This document shows, piece by piece, positions 54,801 to 64,000 of a DNA stretch of 64,000 nt. A program made the position numbers and the translations under genes. This DNA comes from Catajapyx aquilonaris (lineage: Eukaryota). The first letter of the stretch is position 1. Each line of letters starts with the position of its first letter. The notes under the pieces are model-generated. The model saw only the letters and a list, made by a program, of their open reading frames with translations, did not search any database and was not told where the DNA came from. The stretch lies in NCBI GenBank assembly GCA_000934665.2, contig JYFJ02000077.1, positions 1-64,000 of the forward strand, read 5' to 3'.

Positions 54801-56729
54801 AGCCTACTTAACTGTATCTAACACCACTCAGTATCTAAGTATGGATTGAAAGGAACCTTGTGCATCATGCGCACTAGGATGTTAGCAAGCAGCTGGTTAG
54901 AAATTCAGATGTCCCGTACACGCATATTGCGACGTTACACGCTGTGCTTCGACGTATGATGAATGGTCAGTCACAAACTCCTCTTAGAGACTCTAACCCG
55001 AATCGACATTACGATCGAAATAGTGATCGATATAGATGTATATGAGTTCCTTCCATAGCGATAACCTTCAGAACACATCTGGGGGGCATAGTAATGCTGC
55101 CCTTACCTCCATTGACGTCCCATCACCTAGTTATCAATCTGCACCTTCGCTACATTGTTCTCAACCTTGGCAGCCGGTCACGAATATCATAGCATATTAC
55201 AGCCAGGAAAATCCTTCGGGAAGGAAACTGTATTTTCCGGATGTATTTCTAAGTCAGGCCAGAGCTGTAAGTACTGTATACATGTCTATTTTAAAGTAGG
55301 CCTAGATGAAATCAGGAGGTGATGCATGTAAATTGCTTCTTTGTGTTTTTCCCCAACACGGCGTGAAGGATTGATATGCGTGCTCTTGCATATCTTTGCG
55401 TGTTATCGACACATGTTTACCCTGCACATCCTGTTCAGTGATAATTTAAGGGGTTAAATGCACAAAACGCACATGCTCGTCAGTCATTTACACATATTGG
55501 ACATATTCGCACTGAGAAGCGCGGCAGGTGTCAGTGAAAGATTTACTTCGGTTTAAAACATATTCATACAGCAGGACTTCTCCAGTGACGTGCTACCTTT
55601 TCGTTCACACGGGCTTGGATTCCACATAAGTGAGGTTATAAATTATTTTCCACGAGATTCCAATGCCGCTTGTGTGAAACTTCAAAATGTGACAGTTTTA
55701 TAAGACTATGTGATGTAATTCGTAATATATATTAAGGTCTATTAAGGACCGTTTATATAAGTATGTCATGCACATTTCGACTTTTTCCCCCACCCCCACC
55801 CCGAACTTCATGCCAGGTAGTCACGCATGGACATACACCGGTACTCCTTTTCTCAGAAACCGACCTTTACACATTAGGAATTATGTTAAGTTCTAATAGC
55901 TTGCATATATTTGCTGTTACACGTCAAGTAACAACTTAAAAAGTGTCAAGATCTATACGGGCCCTGCACGTACTATCATAGTCTATTTACACAACGGCCA
56001 GAGACCGCAGTTATAATTATGCTGATAAAATGTATACTAGATGCCAATTTCTTCAGCATTCGTCTTTAACGCGAGATGTACGAGTATGTAGGTGGTCCGT
56101 ATCGAGTGAACAAATTTCGACAACAACATATTCCTCTTACACTATAGGATCCTGCGTGACGTCCCCAAAGTGTCAAGTTTAACGTCACGCCAAAGCGTGA
56201 TCAAAGTAGCTCATCGTTGAGGCCCGCAGACTAAACAGTCCCATTAAGTTCAATTGGTGCATTACTGCTCTGTATTAATAAGGCTAAGGTTACATGCATA
56301 TTTAATCTCGCTCCGGATACAGTACGGGATAACATGCAATTATCTCCAACCGACCCATGCACACTTTTTTATCTTCCATTACAATCACACTAACAGAGAT
56401 TTGCGGCGATAACAGGAAATCAAGCCCATCGAGGCCCATTGTCCATCCTGCATTCATCGCACACAGACATAATCGAGCGACCCGCATTTGCGCCAAATTG
56501 ATCCTCGGCACTGTAATAATTAGCACCGATGAGCTCCCGTTATTGTCCACCCAGTTTTGCAGAGAATCAGACCAACAGTGTTTCGTGCCAGCGATAATAT
56601 ACCGGAGTAAGTGTATGTGTGTGTGGTGTAGCCGACCTTCGAAGGCCCTTTCCATCTCTCCACGTGGAAATAACCTTCAGAGGGCCAGTGATAGCACTGG
56701 TGGAGAGGGATAATAGTCAGATCCCCGGT

Positions 56730-59700
56730 ATGGGTCCGGAAGTGCGGGACATTCGAGGAAGTCGGTCCGTGATGCAAGAAGAGGTCATCACCAGCAGCGG
56801 AGCCGTCGTCTCGGGACAACCCTGGTTTATAAAGGTCCAGCCTCTAGATGGTGAAAGCCACGCAGCAGCCGCTCAGTCTGGTGGCAGCTCTGGGTCCGAC
56901 CAGGTGCAACAGCAGCAGACCACTGACCAGCATCATCATAAAGCCATGTCTCCTCAGACTGGGACCATCAACGGTGGGGCCATGGTGGTGGTGCCCGAGA
57001 CAGAGGTCAAGATTTCGGGGGATGCCGCCCAGCAGGATGTGGTCAAGAAGGATGGTGCAGGGGATGCTGGAGAAGAATTCAAGGTGTACCGGAGGAGGTG
57101 GTTCATGCTCGCCCTATTCTCGGCGTGCTCCATGTGCAATTCCTTCCAGTGGATTCAGTACTCGATCATTACTGATAGTGTCACCAGGTTTTATGGGGTT
57201 GAGCCGGTGGATGTGGACTGGCTCTCCATGATTTATATGATCGCGTACGTGCCGCTGATCTTCCCTGCCACTTTCGTTTTGGATAAGAAGGTGAGTTGAT
57301 CCGCAGGGAACTGGTTCATCAGATAATAGGAAATGTCACTTGTGTAGCACGTGCTCGCGATGACGAGTACGACGTCAAACTGCATCATTTCAAACAGCAT
57401 TTGACCAATTGTGTATATTTAATTTACATTTTTTATAAGACTGTTATTAAAATCATGGGCAGAATTAATGCAATATGTCTCAGCGCAAAGCAACAGGAGT
57501 GTAGGAGTGTGAAACCTTGAACCTACAGTATAGTCTGCATAAGTGCTGTTAAAAAGACAGGCGTACTGTGCAATAAACCAGGAGGTGACTCTGGCCACAG
57601 AGCTTATCGTGAGCTTCAGGAATTGTGGGTGAGCTGACAATGTCACTTTATCATCTTTGAACACATATAGCGTGCTGTTTGAATTATCGGTATGTGTAGC
57701 CAGTGTAGGTATGCGTGTGTAAAATGCAGCATAACGTCACAGGGAATACCTGAATGCGTAGTGTATACTTTATGTGGCGTGGAAAATAATGAGTTTGCTT
57801 TTGTTTTGAGAATTATTAGCTGTAATAAGACGTAAAGAGATTCCACGGTTAGCATCCAGTGATTCATCTCCAGTTTTTCTGCAGATTTAAATTGTGCATC
57901 AAGTTCATCACTTACGTTGAATGCAATGCGTGTTTCTCAACATAAATGGAAATCAAATCGAGCACTGTCAAGTTCATGTTCGGCAAATATTACAGGTCAC
58001 GTCGCAATAAAACTTGATACACTATCAGTGATTTTAAAACAACGCTTTTCTTCAGTCGTCTTTTGTCCGTTCCTCCTAGCCTATACGTTAGGAAATATTC
58101 AAGTGCAATAGGAAATGTACAATTTATCAGCAGGCATTGCACATCTGGCTGTACCAACGCCAACAACTGATCCCTATTGTTATGACAGCGCGTGTTGTAA
58201 AGAACACTTGCTGCAGCCTACGTCATACGGCTATTTATCTTATCGCCCAGTAATTTTCACAGGTGTTTGTGTTGACATTCTCTAGTGCAAGCACCTGTGT
58301 GTCACATTGCAGGGTGTGTTGCTCAGTAGTTTAAGACCACTGATACCAATTGTCTTATCACTTGAAGGTTACGGAGTCAACAAGAATGTGCTAAATGATG
58401 TTATCTCAATCTGTCTTTTTAGGGCCTACGATGGTCTGTCCTGCTGGGCGTCTGCGGAACCGCCCTAGGAGGCTGGATCAAAGTGTTTTCAGTATCACCG
58501 GACCGGTTCTTTGTCACTTTCATCGGACAAACAGTGTCGGCGATAGCACAGATCTTCACTTTCGGAATCCCACCTCGATTGGCAGCCGTTTGGTTTGGAC
58601 CAGGCCAGGTCTCCACAGCATGTTCCATTGGAGTCTTTGGAAATCAGGTTAGTTAAGTTATATAACATGTGAAGGTTGGACTCAAAAAGCGGCCCCTCAG
58701 TCACATCGAGCATGACAGCCAGGGGAGGGGGACCCTTTTTTGTCTTTTGCGGTTACGAAATGTCGTACCGTTCAGTTGAAGTGTTACATTAACCACGCAA
58801 CCCACTTGTTGGTGAACTGATTGAGGATGAAGTTTTATATGCGCAAGCGTCAACAACATGATTTATTCCCCTCAAGGTCCATGGCATTGATGTTTCTGCG
58901 GCACTTCCTCTAACCAGTCCAACCCCACTTCAAGTTAAGCTCCTTTTATTGCCATGATAGATGTGAGAACTTTTTAAAAAATATATATAAAAAAGGAAAG
59001 GCATTGAACGAAGACATTCCCCTCCCTAGACACGACATAGAAGGCTGGCCAGCATATTGTCCTCTGACCTCCAAATTTTTGTCACTTTCCAGCTTGGACT
59101 GGCCTTAGGATTTCTACTTCCACCTCTGCTGATAGGCAACCAGCATGACGACTTGGCTGACATTGCCTACGACTTCAAGATGATGTTCTACGGTTCCAGT
59201 GTGGTTCCCACGGTTCTCTTCGTTCTAGTCATTTTCTGTAAGTCTTTTTCGGGTTGATCGGCACGACCTTGGTCCCGGCCTGAGCACGTGGCCGACCGTA
59301 TAACAATGAGACAGAAAAAAGAGTGGTGCAAAAGGTGCATAGACCACTTTCTGTTTCTAACCCTTTTTTCGGGCTGGTTGAGCTAGGTCACGGTTTAAAT
59401 CACGCAACTCCTTAGAAAGGGGGACAATTAAGTGGGAATTTCTAACTGTGAAGATAGTTATATAATAGAATGTTGATCTACACAGTTCAATGAGTGAGGT
59501 GAAGTTCAGACAGACAACTGACCTCCTTTCGCTTTCAAGAACCAGTAATCAACACGCTTGTCTGACATGTTGACAAACATGTAGTGATTTAACCTGTTTT
59601 AATTAGTCTTCCAGGAGGGACCCCCTGTACCTCCGAGCCCTTCGAGAGCCGCGGCCATCACGGCAGCGGAGAACAGCAGTTATTACCAATCGCTGAAGAA

Positions 59701-62700
59701 TGTCCTCACCAACAGCAACTTCATCCTCCTATTGTTTTCCTACTCGTTTTCGCTGGGTGTGATGAACACCCTGGTCACATTGTTGAATCAGCTCATCCTC
59801 AGCGAGTTTCCTGGGCATCAAGAGGACGCAGGAATGGCAGGGGTGGCCAACGTTCTCTGTGGACTTGTTGGAGCATCTCTTCTTGGCGTCTGGCTGGACA
59901 AAAGCCACAAGTTTAAGTGAGACGGGTTTATTACGTTGGTCAGTTGTATGGTATAGAATACTACATCTCTGGTTATAACCTGCATAATTTTAATTTCAAA
60001 CCTTTGGAAAGCTATAACACTGCAAGAATGAGATTAGTACATTCAGTCAAAATCGAGCCAACGAAAGGAAAAGGTCGCAACATTCCACACGCCATAAGAC
60101 CCATATACTACTTATCAAAGTCACATTCAGTATAGGGAAAGAAAAGGTCTAATTACCCCATGAGGTAACCTGTTGCTTATTTCTAACAATTCAGGCCCAC
60201 TATCGTGATAGTTACCTCCGCAGTCCACACTAGGACCTAGCATAAGCATACGTAGCATAATATTGTCATCTCTCCTACTCTTTGATTTGCAGTTGGTTTA
60301 TTAATTATTTATTAGATTAATTACGTTAAAAGCGGGCCTACTTAATTCTAAATGAAATCATATAGAGCCATTTTAAGTGCACTAAATTCGCATTTAAAAA
60401 CTACTTCATTTGCTTACATTTCATTGACCTGTTGTAACAAGTTGGTAACAAAATGGTAACATGTAACAATGTCATTTCAGAGAGACGTCTATCGTGGTGT
60501 ACATCCTCAACATCATCGGAATGCTGTCATTTACTTTCACTCTGTACTACAAAAGCCTGCCCATGGTCTACGTTGGTCTAATACTCTTAGGGTGAGTTGG
60601 TTACAAAAATGTGTGGCTGCTAATTGCGCTAATTACACAGCCAAAGGGCCTTTCAGGGACACTCGATGATTATTGTTTTGGGACACATATCGGGCACAGG
60701 CCGCGAATGGCTTCGTAATTGGGCACCTAAATTCTTTGAAAGTGTTGTTTTGGGGTTACCGGTGACTGGATTTTACTCTCGTTTTTCTCTCTCTCTAGCT
60801 CCTAGCTAGACATGGACGGTTGATTTTCCAGAGGTGCTTGTTGCGTGTCAGATATAATTAAGCTTAAGAAGTAGATGGAATCAGAATAGCAGTTTGTTAA
60901 AGTAACAGACCACTTGCGCAACCCGTGTCTCGTGTACTTGAAAGAATATGTCAAGTACCAGGAATAGTTCTGAGTTGTACTCTCATGCTGAATTTTCGAA
61001 CTAGACAATTTACTGTAGAAAGGGGATGTTGGGCAATGTGTCTTCGTGACTTCATTCCACAGACGTAAATGCATGTACACAATATTTCACAGCAAAATAT
61101 CATAGCGTGCGAGGCAAAAGGCACAAAGATACTGCGTTGTTGTTTTCAAGCACACAATCTGTCTGAGCATAACAAAAGGATGAGTCTGTCAGTCAAAAGT
61201 CAAAACATGATCCCGCAACAAATTTTTAATGAAGACATTGACTGGGTTGCGTCAGTACGATGTATATTACCGGCCTTCAGTACTCTACTAAAGCAGTTCG
61301 TAACTTTTGCAGTACGCAGCGAGCAATATACGGTAGATTTTAGTGAGAGTATAAATGACAGCCTCACATCATATTGTCACATGAGCCCGCAAGATGTCGT
61401 ACGACTCTTCTCTACGGCTAACTATACTTATCGCGAAGCATTATATTAGAACCACGGATTAGAACACTCAAGGTGATAATAACGTGGGTGCATTATACTG
61501 TTGCACGGCATGTTATACTTACTGTACTATACTGTACACCGCTTATTGCATAATTATTGTATAAGCCAGGGTTGGTTAATAGTTAATTATTAGGATTATT
61601 TGCTTCTGCTGCCAGTTAGACACTAATTTCGACGTCCAACTTGACATTCATCCATAAAATTGCATTATGCATTACTTACGTAATGATAGCGTGAATAGTG
61701 CTACATAGATGATTCCATGATGAAATCTTTTAAGAGTCATTAGTTTGATTTTCGCATGTAAACTGGAATGGTAGGTGGAGGAATTTTGTTCCCAGCCCGT
61801 CTTGGCCACTAGAGAATTTTTCACAATAAGTAACGAATTGAACAATGGTTCATGTATAGTAGCCTACAAGTATATAACATTGCGAAAAAATGCTCCGATT
61901 GTACTTCAGTATCCGTGTCAACGCACGGTCACACTCATAAGTACAGATAGCCATGCGAACTTTAGTGGCGCAAAGGTAAGTAGCCTGCAGAGGAGTCGGG
62001 GAAGTGTGCCGTGGCACAAAAAAAGGTGCCGGCCACAAAGGCACGGAATGCCATTTCCCAACGTCGATAACCGATATGAGGGTCAATGACAGTTGTTGTT
62101 CAATGTTGCAATGTGCCTGAAGGTAGACATGTCCCTCTCGCAAAACTTTGTTGTGCCATGTCTTATTATCTGCCCTTATACTCCACAACAAGCTCGCAAA
62201 ATGTCCTCTGACATACTTATTCCCTGACGCCTATGTCGCAAACTCACCATAGCCTTTCAACCCGTCTTTCTGCCAGAATCTGTATCTCAATTTATTGGCC
62301 TGCTTCCCAGTATGCTTCGACAACATTCCGTAACGCCATACTCAAAGGGTCGAGGGGGAAGTCATAATCATGTCAGTATCATAAATGCACACAAGCCGTA
62401 ATAAGCAGTACGTAAGTCCTATTAATTAATCTTACAGCCTGTTCATGTCGGCATATCTGACACTGGGATTCGAGTATGCCGCCGAACTGACCTACCCGGA
62501 ACCGGAAGGCACCACCGGAGGACTGCTAAACGCCTTCCTGTACCTATTCTCCGTGGTGTTCACCAGCTTAGGAGGCTACATCCTGAGAGCCAGAGGAAAC
62601 CTAGCTTCGAATCTCTTCTGCTGCGGGATCCTCCTGGTCGGTCTCCTGGCCACCGTCCTGATCCGACCGGACCTAAGACGACAGGCCGAGGTCAACAAGA

Positions 62701-62741
62701 AGGCCGCCGAGGCTGAGAAAGGCAAAGAGGAGAAGGTCTAA
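56730..62741 (+). CDS. FLVCR: FLVCR-family transporter, paralog E (most divergent in C-terminal half). Exons 56730(start uncertain)-57290, 58423-58647, 59093-59237, 59607-59916, 60481-60591, 62438-62741
   Basis: [48 protein letters not shown] and [22 protein letters not shown], with a long low-complexity N-terminus and an intact spliced frame. Confidence 0.9.
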
Positions 62742-64000
62742 AAGGGCACAATATCAGTAGCCAGCACGGTCCCAAGCTGGCCTTGGTACAGAATGAATGC
62801 TTCTTGAAGAAGCGCAGTGTTGAATGGTCGGAGGAAATTGTTCCTCATTGGGGAGACTCAACTGGACTATGTGGTCAAGGTCAACACTATTTTAAATACA
62901 TTGCAGAGATATAGGACTGGGGGCTTCTTCCAGGCAGTGATAATAACGCAGCCAGTGAGTTGGCACAAGTGGTAATATAGATAACGTATCGAGTAGTTCC
63001 TTGAATGTTGTCGTTCGGATTTTCCAGGTGTTCGTTATTGTTATTTTTTGTGTTCTAAATTTTTGGAGAGATCCGAATGGCAACGTTTTTTTATAGCAAT
63101 GTACAATCAGTGCAGTATTATTTGTACAAAAGAGTACAGAGATGTATACCTTCGCTGGTCGAAGATTTTGATGAAATATTTTAAAGGGTACAATGGCCTG
63201 AAGACGATTAGTCACTTTTTTACAATTTGGATTATTTCCTGTACCTTTCAGAACACACTGTACAGAAAAGTATACAAGTGCTTAATCCAAACCAAATCGT
63301 TGAACTAAACACTTCTTTCACTGTCCTTTTTTTCATTTTTCTATGTATTGATGTAGTTTTATAGGCTTGTCATTTTCCTATCAGTACTTGACATACTGGA
63401 AGTTTCCTTTTAGATCGGTACTTTCTTACCCCGATTCTAACTACATTGTGTAACATGGAGGCAATAGGGAATGACTAAACAGTAAATACTCTACCATTGT
63501 GATAATACAGTTTACTCTTTTATAATGCTGTACATATTCAATAACTCCCTGAAATACTAGGCTAATAATAATCACATTTTTCTCCATAAAGACTGCGTTT
63601 TTTGTAAAGTGAGAAATTTTCTGTACTGTGCTTTGTGTATAATGCACTTATTAAAAATTGTTGAAATAGAACACGTCCTATCACGAATTCATACCCGACC
63701 AGGTCGCCAGAGGTGAATGTCCGACAGTCACTGAAACACTGATTAGATATCGTTTCGACTCCTGCTTCCATATTCAGAACTTTCAGTCTGGGTTTTGAAG
63801 GTACACTAAAAAGAGAGGAGGAACCCGTGTCGTCACCAGCTAGATTAAAGCACATGTAATGAGATATTATTAGACGAGTATAGAGGCCGCCGCTCAAGGA
63901 AGTTGCAAGGTAATTGAGTGACGGACCTCGACGTATCTGCAACATCCAAACAGCGATCAACATAAAGGTAAGGATTAGTCGTGAGTGCGTCACGTGATCA

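Noticed and set aside
63562..63993. 143-aa minus-strand ORF at the window end
   Set aside because: It has no recognisable motif or clear splice context. It may be UTR or the edge of a neighbouring gene, but this is unsupported.
1..64000. Prokaryotic-type systems (CRISPR arrays, operons, defence islands)
   Set aside because: The sequence is clearly eukaryotic with spliceosomal introns, and no regularly spaced repeat-spacer array was seen.

Overview
Eukaryotic, AT-rich, intron-containing DNA, most consistent with an arthropod because it carries a crooked-type Ly6 gene and a variant ionotropic receptor. The species cannot be named from sequence alone. Gene order: two minus-strand Ly6/three-finger genes (an unassigned one, then crok), a PLEKHA3/FAPP1-like PH-domain gene head-to-head with crok, and a ~43-kb plus-strand array of five intact FLVCR-family MFS transporter paralogs (A-E). 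An intronless divergent ionotropic receptor (IR) sits antisense inside an intron of paralog A. Paralogs C and D are a recent ~5.5-kb head-to-tail duplication, each with private SINE/MITE insertions. The most interesting signal is that only A keeps the full canonical choline/ethanolamine-binding motif set. B, C, D and E each replace different pocket motifs, and C versus D differences fall largely in those helices, suggesting a transporter array diversifying in substrate. Exon boundaries were read by eye from GT/AG sites and frame continuity. No database searches were run.
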